Origin: Sphaeroforma arctica JP610
Lineage: Eukaryota
Direction: 5' to 3'
DNA: 45,208 bases
Assembly (NCBI RefSeq): GCF_001186125.1
Contig: NW_014040301.1
Location: 5,889-51,096, forward strand
Shown: piece after piece, positions 32,201 through 45,208 of the stretch
Layout: each line of letters opens with the position of its first letter
How positions within the stretch are numbered: the stretch's first letter is position 1
Translations under genes and position numbers: made by a program
Notes under the pieces: generated by a model
The model's input: only the letters and a program-made list of their open reading frames with translations
Database searches by the model: none
What the model was told of the DNA's origin: nothing

Positions 32201-33094
32201 AGGACAAGGATAATATAATTAGTGAGTTTCCTTAAGAAACATTGCAACGGCAAGTCAGTCGATGACGATTCGTTCACGAGCATCTTTAATTTATCAACAT
32301 CATTGACGGACAACCGGAAAATGCATTGACCGGAAAATACATTGAAATACTTCTATGTTAGTAAATAAAGATGCCTAGGTATCGGGCATACTACAAAATG
32401 TCGTAGACCGGTTACGATAAAGTCAACCGGTCACCGTCGTTAGTGTTGATTCTTCAATAATTGCAGTCAATGCAATAGCAGGGAAAAGAAATGTACCTCC
32501 CAAAATAATGAACTTATATATGCATTGTAATATATTCCAACATCCATTTACAGTATCTCAGTAAGAGTCATGACAAGGCTATCGAAGAATGTGGTGACAA
32601 CGAAGAGGATGAGCTATTTATGGTTAGTTGATTCACTAGTGAGCTAGATATCTTGCTATCGTGCACAGACGATAAGAACACTCAGAATTTCCGAAGTTAT
32701 CCAAAGATACTTTCTTCAAAAAGGAAAATTTTGGCGATATCATAAAGTTCATAACACAATGCATAGATTCTTTGATAAGTCCATGTTCTTATATCAATGT
32801 ACAGCACTCGTTAGAGCCCTGCTAGACTCCACGGACGCAACAGAGGAAACCAAGGGGGTGCTCGATGAGATATCTACTCAGCACGCGTGTCACACGGTAT
32901 TTCACCGATTCAGAGCAGTTCAATAGAGTCATCATAATCAAACTAAGACTCCACCCTGTGGACAATCTACTCGATAAGTTTCTCAATGACATGAACACAA
33001 ATACACCAAAGGTTGTGTACCGTGTCTCAAGGGAAAAACTCTCAAAAAGGGCGTCCATCCCTTACAATCAATTTCGGCCGCAATTCCACGCGAC

Positions 33095-33845
33095 AAATGC
33101 AAGTGGACACTACAGGCCCACTACTGGACTCAAATAGAGGCAACACATATGCGTTAGTGTGGCTAGATGTACACTCATCGTACTTAGAGCATGATTAACA
33201 AATTGCAAGAACGCTGGTACCACTAATATATGAACATGGATTCCCACGAGTCATGTAAGCAGACCAAGGCACTGAATTCAAAGATATAATTGCATAAGCG
33301 CCGACACAACACTTGGTCTCTCGCACGTACCAACCTAATTTTTAGTTACAACCGAGTGATCACATATAGACCTCATACCATTGCTAATGAAACTCGTTGA
33401 CTAAAGCCTAGGCAAATGGTGTTCACGGCTCATATTCATACAAATGGGTCAGACTCTACGTTCATCAAGAAGACATAAATCACCTCGTCAATGTGTCGTA
33501 TGGACACAGACAAACTAAACTAGCAGACTATAGTACAGTAGTGAATGCACTAGGGACAACACTATTACGGGGACATTATACCACTATCATGGGGACATCG
33601 ACCGAACAATCTAGGAGAGTCGATCAGACCACAACTAGGCACTAATGTTGTGCAATATCACGAGATGATGCGCGCAGCATATGACCGAAAATACCAAGAG
33701 GAGTACATACACTTTCAGGAAGAGGACATTGTATTAGTTCGCTACCAAGCTGAAATGAACAAAATGACAGCACCGAACGATAGGCCAAACAAAATAACAT
33801 GCAAGTTGGGCAACGTGTATTTTGTCTGTATGATGGGTCTATAAA
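33095..33845 (+). mobile_element. Ty3/gypsy-type integrase remnant (pseudogenised)
   Basis: MQVDTTGPLLDSNRGNTYALVWLDVHSSY (first catalytic D), HGFPRVM*ADQGTEF (second D), and YDRK..FQEEDIVLVR..NKMTAP..P..I (GPY/F-like module); many stops and frameshifts. The element probably extends further on both sides. Confidence 0.75.
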
Positions 33846-34345
33846 TCTGTCAGTGATGAGTTAATCGGCCTCAAAAAGAAGGCCAGTGCTTCAGAGGCAT
33901 TCATTCCCAGAAGCCCAGTGCAACCAGCCGAAGAAACAAAGTTGTACCCGATATTACACATCGGCCATCCAACAGAGGCGATGGATCACATGATTACCTA
34001 CTGCAGTGAACATATTGAGAGTTCACCTGGGCACATGAAACAGACATCGCAGATACTGATGTTCTTGCAATCTACCGACAAAGCACTAGACGCAAGCGAT
34101 GGCAAACCAGACCGAATCAGGCAATAATAATGAGCACTGACGAACGAGCAGCAAGCAACAGGAAGTGCACAAGGCGGGAAACTTACTCAAGTTGCACTGA
34201 TGCCGAGGAACACTCCGACTTTTCTCACCTTATGGTATGCCCCATTCACACTCCAAAGGGATAAGAACCAAAGACCCGGTTATAGAGCCAACGTAGAAAT
34301 GCGTTTTCCCAAACTAAGTTGATATGAACCAAGAGCACAGATCAT

Positions 34346-34834
34346 GTGCGTGGTTGACAACTCTCATGGTAGCATGATTGCTTAGGCAATACGTAAAAAT
34401 AAATAGTTGTGGTAGGTTTTGTATCTTATCCCTCGAAGGGGTAAGTTTTTCCTACAAAATCTCCAACATCGAAATGATATAGTACTGTATGATGTCACTT
34501 TCTACTCCTACGCAGGTTCAGAAGTGCAACGTTGGGGGGCTGGAGCATCTATGGGCCAAATTATCAAAGCCAATACAAACCTCAAAGCCGTGCGTGGTTG
34601 AAAACTCTCATGATAGCATGATTGCTTAGGCAATACGTAAAAATATATAGTTGTGGTAGGTTTTGTATCTTATCCCTCTAAGGGATAAGTTGTTCCTACA
34701 AAATCTCCAACCTCGAAATGATATAGTACTGTAAGATGTCACTTTTTACTCCTACGCAGGTTCAGAAGTGCAACGTTGGGGGGCTGGAGCATCTAGGGGC
34801 CAAATTATCAAAACCAATACAAACCTCAAAGCCG
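34346..34834. repeat. ~244-bp tandem duplication
   Basis: GTGCGTGGTTGA..CTCAAAGCCG starts at 34346 and 34590. Confidence 0.9.
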
Positions 34835-35846
34835 CATAATCATTAAATACTGAGTTTTGGGTCCGGATACAAAAATTATTGATAGTAGAGTCATTAGCAA
34901 AATAACGGGGTGAGGGAAACACGCAAGTAGAATTCTGAGTCTAGTGAATTAGAAAGTAGAAAATATAAATAACTAAATAAGAATCAGTTTATTGATCACA
35001 GTAAATCAGGATTGTTTACCAAGCATAAAACTACGGTCAAACACCGGAGACTCAACAAGGTTTATCCCAGCATCAACCAAGGAGAGAATCTAAACTCAGA
35101 GAGGGACACAGAAATATTACAGATGGAAATTAATCTCGGAGCCGAAGTGCCGGGAGTACGGAAACATCACTATAGAAAATCTCTGATGGGCATAAGGGCA
35201 TCCCTAAATATCGGAGGAGTACAATCTAAACGTATAAGGCCAGAGATTACAATGTAAGCCACGATCAGTTGAAGACGTGGCGACGCTGCCTTTGGATTGG
35301 ATCATAGATTAAGTGAGAACCTTTTTCACTTTACGAGGTGCTTTTTAATGGCTCAAGGATTACGAGTCCAATGTATATAAAAGCAGGGACTCGAATCAAA
35401 TAATCACAACTATTCACTTAAAACTTAAAACACTTTAAGATACTTTAGTATCTGAGAACAATACAGTTTGCTTCAGACTAGGGGCTTTTCCTTGTAGCAT
35501 CTAGAAACCAGAGAATCAAAAAAGTCAATCCAAAACCCAAAACAACAGAATCATCAAATACTGAGTTTTGGGTCCGGATCCAAATATGTCTGATATTAAA
35601 GCCATAAAAAATATTATCCGTAGAAACGGTGAGTTAAACTGGGACCCCGCGCGTGAGAGAAACACTCAAGTAGAACCCTGAATCTAGTCCATTAGAAAAC
35701 ACGAATATAGACTCAGTTCGATTATAGACTAGTTCAGACTAGGGACTTTTCCTAACTGATATAATTGTACTTGAGAATTGGGCTATTGTTTCATTTGGTT
35801 GTAGCTTTCCAGTTATCCTCCATACTCTACAATCAGTCAGAGAGTA

Positions 35847-36677
35847 ATCTAGGACTTGTTCTCAAATGAATCTATTTATATGTGGGCCAGCCCGAGAGCA
35901 CGTGAGAGTGATTTGAGACTTGTTCTTGGATTGGGTTATTTATAGATGGACAACCGGCCAGCTCAAAGGTACGTAGCAGAGAAAGAGATAGATTTATTTC
36001 TAGAGATACATCATGGTACTAAAGTGTTCTGCATAAGGTTTCCCAAACTGATCTTACAATTTTTTAACCATGACCAACACAAGTTTTAAACACCATCAGT
36101 ATACAACTGAGGGAGATATATATCAATCACAAATAAAGGAAAAGTATTTCCTATGCGACTCATATATTTGTAATTGATGGAATGAGCCTTTAAGTCTACC
36201 TTGGAAAAGATAGTCGCACCTTCCATTTTGCGTAGTATCTCGCTTATCTTTGGTAAGGGAAAAATATGGCACCTTCCATTTTGCGTAGTATCTCGCTTAT
36301 CTTTGGTAAGGGAAAAATATGTTGCGGAATTAGTTTCTTGATTGGCGACAGGTCTAGTACTACTCTTGTTTTACTAAACGTTCCATCAGATTTGTATTGA
36401 TCATCTAGTACTTGTTCTCAAATGAATCTATTTATATGTGGGCCAGCCCGAGAGCACGTGAGAGTGATTTGAGACTTGTTCTCGGATTGGGTTATTTATA
36501 GATGGACAACCGGTCAACTCAAAGGTACGTAGCAGAGAAATATATTTCTAGAGATACATCATGGTACTAAAGTGTTCTGCATAAGGTTTCCCAAACTGAT
36601 CTTACAATTATTTAACCTTGGCCAGCCCAAGTTTTAAACACTATCAGTATACAACTGAGGGAGATATATATCAATCA
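35847..36677. repeat. ~275-bp direct repeats (35847-36129, 36403-36677) with an internal ~53-bp tandem duplication (36216-36321)
   Basis: Near-identical CTTGTTCTCAAATGAATC...GAGATATATATCAATCA copies. Confidence 0.88.
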
Positions 36678-37752
36678 ATTCGAACGCGCCAATATTTGGG
36701 TACTTTCCCGCCTTGTCTTGACTATATACTTGTGGATTTCGTAGTGATCCACCATTTTAAATCGGTTGTTGAAATTTGTTTATCAGAATCGGGTTCAATT
36801 GTAACAAAGGTCGGAAGTGAAAATCGACATTATTCCGACAATAACTCTTATTCAAAATATTTGTTGGTAGAAAATTCAGCCAGAGAATGTCTTTTGAAAT
36901 AGGATATACAGCTGTCATAAATAACGGACTACGTCGTTGTCTGGAAATTTAGCATTTGGATGTATGGTTCAGCAAGGAAAAATAGGGTGTCGCCTCCCAA
37001 TATGGTTTCGATTACACCTGTGAGTACTTCCTTATTCTGATATTTTCAGCGGCGTGTAATATAATTCAGTTCGGATGCATCACCTATACTACATGTTATA
37101 TTCAAAGCAAACCAACCTATAATCAAAATATAACATGATTCTGTATATTGAACTGAAGCTAAGTACGGTGTATAAGTCTTATACATATACATAGATGGTG
37201 TTGTGATTATTTATGTATTTTTCCCGATCAAGAATGAAAGAATACGAAAAGCACTTAATTATATCCCGGTACATTATTGTCTACTCTCACTGCAAATTCA
37301 TCGTGCGAAGCACCCGTTTCGAACGTGGTCTGTGTATCGAAGTCGATAAAGATTGTGTTAAAGCCACAGGGGTTGAGGTATCAAATATATTGCACTCAGG
37401 GTATACAATCGATTTTTAGGAGCCAGTTGCATTTTTTGACTGCATATCTTGCAGGGGTGTGTTGAAGAGTGGAAATCTAACTATTGCGCATTGCTTCTTC
37501 CTTTCTTGTAAGAACGCCTGCACATGCAAAAACCTCTACACTATGCTTTGGCCGGTTAATGTACAAGTTTGTTTGTAAATTTTGTGAAAATCGGAGGTAG
37601 TATTTTCTGCAGTCAATGTATACACTCACTGTTCCACAAAAGGACCGAAATACAAACTAACAAATTCAGTAAATACAAAACGAACAGCCGCTCGCGTAGG
37701 CTTGTATATAGGGTATAAGATACAACACCGTATCCACTTATTCGGTAAGCAC

Positions 37753-38070
37753 TGTAATTTAAGCAATACGCAAACTTTTATTATCTAATTTATGGATCTC
37801 AGCCGTTAATAAGTGACATGAACTATGCATATAATTAATAATATCCGAATAATGACCTCGTACATACAAGGCTAAAAAATTATTGGACAGGCCAAATATG
37901 CTGTATACTTGTGTAATTTAAGCAATACGCAAACTTTTATTATCTAATTTATGGATCTCAACCGTTAATAAGTTACATGAACTATGCATATAATTAATAA
38001 TATCCGATTAATGACCTCGTACATACAAGGCTAAAATTTTATTGGACAGGCCAAATATGCTGTATACTTG
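37753..38070. repeat. 159-bp tandem duplication
   Basis: TGTAATTTAAGCAATACGC... starts at 37753 and 37912. Confidence 0.9.
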
Positions 38071-38510
38071 TATTTATTGACTATTACGCTCAACGATATC
38101 GGTACATTCAGTCGTCTCAAGCAAAAGTGGTGCTTACTATCAATATTGGCAAATTTCAAATGAAATTTTGCAATAACCATATCTACTACTGGTCAATCAG
38201 CTCGAAGATCGCATAGGTGCGTAATGTGCCTATATATCACGATACTTTAAGTCTTAAATGCTCCACGAGGCCAATAATAACCCAGTCAGCTTATAGTACA
38301 ACAATAAGATGTCTAGATTTTGACCGTGTTTAACATGTCATAGGATTTCCCGTCAAAATATCTAAGACTACTTTTTGAGGCACAGTCTAGCCTCACACAG
38401 TATGGCCCACGGTCCTATTTTATTTGAGCAAATGACTGAACATAGGAATGTCGTAATTAAGTACAAGAAGAACCAAACTATTAATAACTAAAGTGCCCTA
38501 CAAATCTTAC

Positions 38511-38997
38511 TGTTAGAGTGTTATGTAGTAGACTTTGAATAAAGTGCAGATGTATATATTTATTTCTGACCTTACCTTTGGTTTTATACCTAAGATGTTT
38601 GTGCTCGTATTCAGCCACTTGGGCTGGCCAAGGTAAAAACTCATATGGTCAGTATGGGAAACCTTCTGCAGAAAACTTTAACACTTCGATGTTATTCTAT
38701 TTCGACTTCTCTGCAACTGAATCTCACGCTGATCACATGATGCCTTTCCGCATAGATTGTGGCTCACATAGAACCGCAGCTATTTTTAGAATGTTGCGGT
38801 TGGTTGACTTAATCCACTCTCGGGAGGTCGTTGAGAAACCTAATCTGCTCTCGGGAGTCGGTAAAGTATTAACTCACCTCTCGGGAGTAATTGAAACAAC
38901 TTGATTTGCTCTCGGGAGTGAGCTAACTCTGATGACTTCTATAAATCAAGAGTTTTTTTTTTGCTGTAAAATTGGGCCTGAGACCTGTAGTCTCTCA
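38511..38997 (-). mobile_element. Solo LTR of the copia family found at the right end of the window
   Basis: Reads TG...CA. It is collinear with 44775-45208, and its last 24 nt (GGGCCTGAGACCTGTAGTCTCTCA) match 42992-43015 next to the copia PPT. The flanks CTTAC/GTTTC are not a perfect TSD. Confidence 0.82.
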
Positions 38998-40393
38998 GTT
39001 TCTTTTGTAACGCCGAGATACTGTAGCATACTTTGCCTAGCTATAGGGGTGACATAAAGGCTATTGTACAGAGACATCATCCCACTTCTATTATCAAGGA
39101 AAAATTGGCATCAGATTCGAATTGAAATACAGATTTCCCACGTCAAGTTGTTTTGCTGATGCTCGCCTCTGGAAATGAGTACTTTCCCATTATCATATTG
39201 ATACATACACGGTTGTATTTAGTCTAGAGAACGGCATACGCATCATCAGGATAACCATACATGTTAATAGAATAGATTTCAAATACTATATTCTCCAGAT
39301 TGTAAATTAGTTTCTCGTGTCATAAAAAATTACATCGGATCATATTGCAAGCAACAGCAGCAGAAGTGAGCACTAGCACATGATATACTTTGCTATCATT
39401 GTGAGTCATCGTTGACCCGTATTGAATGAACAAATAATAATTAATTACATATTCCTCATGTGATTAATCGCTGCTTGATGGTATTTGTATGCAGTATGTC
39501 AGATTCGCCACGCATTTTCTTTCACCACTGCCATATTGAAGTTTCCTGCTCTAACTTTACTGTTTGACTAGTATTTTTACCTCCACAATATCCTTGCTGA
39601 AATTTGTCACTAATCCATCTTTCACACTTTTCAATCGAGGGCTACAATACTTCAATGACACACAATGCCCAGCTATTACCACACCCACTCGGCCGATACA
39701 GTAAATTTGAATAATATACGGGATTTATAGTCGCTCAAGCTCTTTATACTGGATTCAGGGATCTAATTTATGACTGTATATCTTCATAAACTATAAAAAA
39801 CGCAAATGTCCACGACATTCACACCAGTAGTACCATACATGGTAGTACCACACGCTCATTGGAATGCAAGCAGTGTCGGTAAGCGACCTTGATATAGTAA
39901 ACAACCATAGCACACAAGCACATAACCGGATCTATTTGTACCTGGTATCATACAAGCATATGCCAACCATGATCAAATTTAGCTATAGTGATTATTGAAC
40001 AGGATTTTAATTCTATCGCCTTGTTGTGTCACGCTCGGCACTAAATTCAAAATGTGATCTGTTCGACACTCATGAATATTGTCACGGGTTACACATACAC
40101 GTCGCACATTCAATGTATCACTCTTCCATTTATACAATCGTCGGTGCTGAGTTTATGTTCATTATTTAGTGTTTAATATATCTGCCGTGCTTTTAGCGCT
40201 GGATGAGAAGGAGTATCACTTCGTACAAGAAATATAAACTGTCGGACGAAGAAATTGGAATCGAAGAAACACAGAAATATACTATTCCTCGAATTATTAT
40301 TCCATTTGAATATACACATTTTTTAAATTCTTTCGCGTACACTAATATTTTATTTATTATCATTATTATAATATCTATCATTAATAACTGTAT

Positions 40394-40467
40394 CTCCGGA
40401 TGGTCTAGCTGGTTATGACGGTTGCTTCACACGCAACAGGCCGGCGGTTCGATTCCGCCTCTGGAAA
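40394..40467 (+). tRNA. tRNA-Val(CAC)
   Basis: Cloverleaf: D arm GTC/GAC with A-box TGGTCTAGCTGG, anticodon stem GTTGC/GCAAC with loop TTCACAC, T arm GGCGG-TTCGATT-CCGCC, acceptor CTCCGGA/TCTGGAA, discriminator A; followed by an oligo-T Pol III terminator. Confidence 0.9.
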
Positions 40468-40899
40468 CCTTTTCATTTTTTTTTCAAAGTGTAAAATTTA
40501 TATATATAAGTATGTTATTGTTTTTTAGACTTACGATACGACAATGTGACAACTGATCACATTACGTATGTCTAACGAATTACCACCCATTGGTTGGTGA
40601 ATTTGTTTTTATCCAGGGTTAGAGAGCAGTATATTAGTTGCATTGCTATTTGCGAGTATAGTTAATATGCACTAGCGTCGTGTACAAGTACGAGCGGAGT
40701 CCGCTCTATCGACCCATGTTCAATAGTGAGGACTGCTGCTGATACATGCATTTATGAGGGGAACAGATAAAAGAGCGCGACAGGGTTGGGACGCGGATAA
40801 CAGATGATCAAAAGAATCTTCTGTTCCTCACTTTGATAGCGCTCACTGGGGTAAAAGTTCAGAGGAGTCATGTGAGTTGAAGGACATAGTTTTACGTCT

Positions 40900-42930
40900 T
40901 TCCAGGATATGTGATGACTCCAACATAAATAGAAATTGTAAAAATTGCGGCATTTATGTTGTTGTACTTCCAGCCACCGCTTAGTCCCCGTTGAAGTTGT
41001 CGTGTGGAGTAGGGATTATTGCCTTGACGTTTGCCCAGAATGGCGCTGGTATTGCGTTGGGACGTGTTGATTGCCAAGGAGCTTGCTACAAATCCTTTGC
41101 AAAACGAGTGCGAGGTCAGTAGTGTAACGAACTGTTGCGGAATACCGGCGGTGACAAACGATACTTTAATTCGGCACAGAAATGGATGCGCTGAGCACAG
41201 GGTATTGTGATGTCGTCGATCTCATCAATATCTACCGTCAAAAAGATGTTGCACCGGAAAATATTGCTGTCCAAGGAGGCACAGAGCTTCGTGTAGTTGT
41301 GCCTTGACGAAAGCAAATACTTACGGCTGTACCGGGCGTGTATGAGCGGCCAAATTATTCGTGTTTCGGTTATGTTGGTTGCGTTCGACCAAAGTGATGA
41401 ACACTGTGGTGTCGGAATCGCTGAATACATGTGGAATGGACTAAAATCATCCACATATGAAATCCGAGACTGACAAGGAAGAATAAACCGACGAGGGCAC
41501 GCCAGTGTAATGATATGGCATAACAATTATAAACTACTGAGACCCAACCCGCATATGTCAAAGCCGGCTCTTCGGTCGATATTGCACGGCTATCAAGGAG
41601 ACAAATACACTTGTTATCTGTCTCTATTTCACCACATAGGGCAATGGTCATCTCGTTTGATTGTGCAGGTTGTAACTGGAATACGTTGCTCAATTTTGAC
41701 ATTGCTGCGCTGGCCGTGTGTGTTTGTGGAGGCTTCATGTTTTGCCCTTGCATCAAATAGGCGAGGTATCGGATGTCAGCATCACGCGTATGCGGTCTAT
41801 CCCGAGCGAGGTCAATTAATGGAGCAGTACGGCGAGAGCGATTGATTTATGTAGTATATCGGCGTGCTGTCTTGTTGGTAATACCGCTGATTGCAAATCA
41901 ATCGTGATACGTGGCAATACTGAAGTGACCTAGTTATGCGGGGCGACTAGAGTGGTCACGAACCGCCAAGGTGGTGCTTGTGTGTCGAGACGTTGTGCCG
42001 TACTGACCGAATAGTGTGGCATGCCGGGCAGCAGCAGACGTAGACTGATCGCCATGTTCCGTAGATCTGGCCAAAACTGTGCCTTTAGCCATAACGGAGC
42101 GATCAAAATCGCTATTGTTGCTTGTGCCCGGATATGCTGAAGTACCTGTGCGACCATCGGTTCGGAAGGCGTCAGCAGATGTACCGGCTTGTCCTATGGC
42201 CGTGGTGTGCGATCTGCTGATGGTATGTGTTCGGGAACAGATCCTTTGGTTGTTCTTTTACAGTCGGTGCCCACTCTGCGTATAGTTGATGTGCTGCTTG
42301 AGGGTTCAGTGTTTAGCGGTACTGTAACAGCTTGTCTGACCGTAATAGTGTGTCCGCTGTGGAATTCAGTGCTCCGGGGAGATACACAATAGCTGCTAGG
42401 CATCTAACGATATGAGAGTCAACAGCTCCTGTAGCTGCAAGATTGATGGCGTCGCAGAGCTGCTAGTGCCGTTGCTGAGTCTGCTAAGATTAATATCGGT
42501 TGTTGAAGGTCCAGATGTTGACAGTTCTAGAAGTGTTTGCGGCAGCGGAATATCGCACGTAACTTACATCCGTGGGAGACCAACGCCAGGCGTGCATTCA
42601 GGTTTGCTTGAAAATCGTTAGTTCCCCCCCCACCTTCCTTCCAAATTTGGCGTGTCCGTCGTCAAGGAATGATTCCGCAGAACTCGAAAGAAGATATCTC
42701 ATGGTTTTGATTCGCCAGTGTGTATACCAACTTCTCTGGTTTCTTGAACACAGAACCTGAGAGCCGGACTTTGGCTTGTCGTGGGTTATTTTGACGTGAT
42801 TGTGGGGTTACTTTGGCTTGTCGGCAGAAGTCTGCTAGGTAAGGGCGCGCTGTGGGGACGGCAAAGGTAGCCCACTGGACGAGATCCAAGTATCGTTGCC
42901 ACTGCTTCAGACCTATCCACCGTTGCTTAT
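40900..42930 (-). mobile_element. Decayed DIRS-type retrotransposon 3' half: RT thumb, RNase H, methyltransferase-like domain, tyrosine recombinase
   Basis: QWQRYLDLVQWA (RT thumb), ILILADSATALAAL and VYLPGALNSTADTL (RNase H), DLFP and MVAQVLQHIR..ILIAPLW..QFWPDL (DIRS MT domain), LTSHSFCKG and GGWK (YR HxxR and W boxes, ~40965-41120); heavily frameshifted. Confidence 0.72.
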
Positions 42931-45208
42931 TTAAGAGCCTTTAATGGATCCTCGAAGATACGATCGCAAGCTTGCGGGTGGCCCAAGTCGAGGGCCTGAG
43001 ACCTGTAGTCTCTCACTCCCCCTCAATTTTACAATCAACAAGGGCTGAAGTCTGAAGGCTGAAAATTGGAAACTAAAGACTAATGAAGGCTGAAGACTTA
43101 AGACCTGGATTGTGAAATTGTTGACTCTGTAGATGGATTGGGCGATAAGCGTTGAACCAATGTATATTTGTCGAAGACGTTTACGAATTGGTGCGGTTGA
43201 GTATTGTCTCGATGAAAATTGTTGAAAACGTTGGTTTTTCTGAAGAGTAAACAATATCCTGTACAGTGACAGGCTTTACGACTGGCGTGGATAATCTACT
43301 GTACGGGGACAGGTATCACAATTTCGCAGGTAAAAATACTCGGGATTTTCTTGAAAAATGCATTTTGCTTACTGAATCGGTGTGTACTGTGACGTGGATG
43401 CTGGGGGACAACTCCCTTCTGCGTTGTGGCATATTGGTTTGACTTTGGGATGTGGCCTGAGAGGCTGAGACTCGGAGACTGTGAGGCTAAGATTTTCTCT
43501 TGGGTCTTGGAATGTGCGGCTCTTATGCTGTGGTCTGGCTGCTATCCTTAGTATGGTTGCTTTATTATAAATTGGACTATGTTGATACTGGCATCCGAGT
43601 CTTTAGTCTGTCGCATATGTCGGTAAACTTCTCTCGGCTGAGTGGCTTCGTGAAGAAATCACTGAGTAGCTGTTCTGATGGTATGTATTTCAGCTTGATG
43701 GTGTTGTTCGATGTGAGTTCCCTGATGTGATGATATCGTAGATCGACATGTTTTGTACGGCTGGATTTCGTGATACCATTTCCTATCAGTATTGCTGACT
43801 TGTTGTCCTGTTCTATGGTGGTGGGTTCTACGAGCGGAATGCCGAATTCCCTAAACCCTAAAACCCGAAAACTGCGTCTTTGGCTGTATCAGATTGTGCT
43901 ACGTATTCTGCCTCTGCTGTAGATGTTATTACTAGTCGTTGCAAGTTTGTTCCCCACATGAATGGTGCACCTGCTATAATGCCCCTTTCCCGATGGTGGA
44001 TCGTCTTGTTGTGTCATCGCTAGCAAAGCTCGACCGTCGTGGTCACGACCCTGATTATGTGGGTTACCAGCAACGCATGATTTGATTAGAGCTTGTAGCT
44101 GACGGCATTACCCGATGGAATGCTCACGATTATTGCAGAATGCACAATTTCCTGTCGATATAGCTGCATGCGCACCGTGCACAATGGTTGATGGGTCACT
44201 TTCATCTGGATCCAATGCGATGAGGTACGTGATGAGCTCATCATACGACATGGCCATCATAGCGGGTGTCTTCAACGTAACCTTAACAGTCTGATTATCG
44301 TCGTTTACAGCCTGCCGTAGAATAGCGCATAGGCTGATGTTAGACTTTGTACCTCCGGCGTTTTTGAATTTCACAAATGCCGTGTTGAGACGACTGATAA
44401 GGCTGGCGTAAGATTCGGTCCGTTCTTGTGTTTGGATATCATCTTCGGCCAGGGCTTCAAACTTGCGTTTCAATGCGGCAAAAGCTTCCCACAGCTTATC
44501 AATGAATTGGCTGATCTCCGTTTGCAGCAGTGGAGACAAGGTGCGGTTGATAATCCGATATGCATCAGCGATTTCCTTGTGTGTCCATCGGTTGCCTCTA
44601 GATGGGGTTGGATCGATCAATATTGTTGGGATTTCTTCACAATTCACGGATAGAATTGTCTGGGTTTTCCAAGGAAGCCAGTCAACCTTCGATTCGAGAA
44701 TAGTTGTGGTCTTAATATCCTTAGAGTTCACAGTAGGCATATTGATAGTGCGAGATCAGAGTGACCTGATACGTTGTTAGAGTACAATGTAGTAGACTTC
44801 AAATAAAGTGCAAATGTATGTATATATTTTTGACCTCACCTTTGGTTTTATACCTAAGGCGTTTGTGCTAGTGTTCAGCCGCTTGGGCTGGCCAGGGTAA
44901 AAACTCATATGGTCAGGATGAGAAACCTTATGCGGAACACTTTAACACTTCGATGCTTCTCTATTTAAACTTCTCTGCAACTGAATCTCACGCTGATCAC
45001 ATGATGCCTTTCCGTATAGGTTGTGACTCACATAGAACCGTAGCTATTATTAAAATGTTGTGGTCGACAGGCTTAATCCACTCTCGAGAATCGGTTGAGA
45101 AACCTAATCTGCTCTCGAAAGTCGGTTAAGTAATAACTCAACTCTTGAGAGTAATTTGAGCAACTTGATTAGCTCTCGGGAGTGAGCTAACTCTGATGAC
45201 TTAGCTCT
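42931..45208 (-). mobile_element. Internally deleted Ty1/copia LTR retrotransposon
   Basis: 5' LTR from 44775 running off the window; gag 44740-44108 with zinc knuckle CAFCNNREHSIG*C; copia RNase H SFASDDTTRRSTIG..STAEAEY..QDNKSAI..RTKHVDLRYHHIRE..SDFFTKPL (~44030-43580); PPT GAGGGGGAG at 43016-43024; 3' LTR truncated. Confidence 0.9.
44108..44740 (-). pseudogene. gag: Copia gag (UBN2-like plus CCHC knuckle interrupted by a stop)
   Basis: DWLPWK..., LWEAFAALKRKF, ESYASLISRL; CX2CX4HX4C motif with TAA before the last Cys. Confidence 0.8.

Noticed and set aside
35847..36677. TRIM (mini LTR element) call for the 275-bp direct repeats
   Set aside because: No convincing TG start, PBS, PPT or TSD on either strand; kept only as a direct repeat.
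36680..36800. Minus-strand KWW...KYPNI resembling a hAT dimerisation domain
   Set aside because: Only a few residues across different frames; cannot be supported without a profile search.
40575..40608. Imperfect hairpin downstream of the tRNA as a Helitron end or DIRS terminal structure
   Set aside because: No CTRR terminus and no matching partner repeat in the window.
43849..43871. CCCTAAACCCTAAAACCC telomere-like tract
   Set aside because: Falls in register within the copia RNase H coding segment (KDAV...REFGIP) and is explained by decay plus a 1-nt deletion.

Overview
Eukaryotic, intron-rich genomic DNA. The introns are full of (TA)n/(TG)n and minisatellites and there are three N gaps; it looks like a protist, but the organism cannot be fixed from the sequence. 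The left 28 kb is genic. It holds (i) a 13-exon, ~713-aa double-length (pseudo-dimeric, trypanosomatid-like) tyrosyl-tRNA synthetase on +, (ii) a two-exon, bacterial-like 2H phosphoesterase (2'-5' RNA ligase family) on -, (iii) a decayed DIRS-type retrotransposon piece (gag-RT-RNase H) and (iv) a multi-exon inward-rectifier K+ channel (Kir) on +. The right 17 kb is mostly transposon debris: a TIR/MITE-like element, a Ty3/gypsy integrase remnant, direct repeats, a solo LTR, tRNA-Val(CAC), a second DIRS remnant (RNase H-MT-tyrosine recombinase) and an internally deleted Ty1/copia element. Most notable are the fused TyrRS, the repeated intronic 'echo' copies of its own splice junctions (one forms a phase-compatible alternative exon), the Kir pore and its large insertion, and a palindrome cluster upstream of the DIRS gag. 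Most ORFs in the supplied track are microsatellite artefacts. All gene models were spliced by eye.
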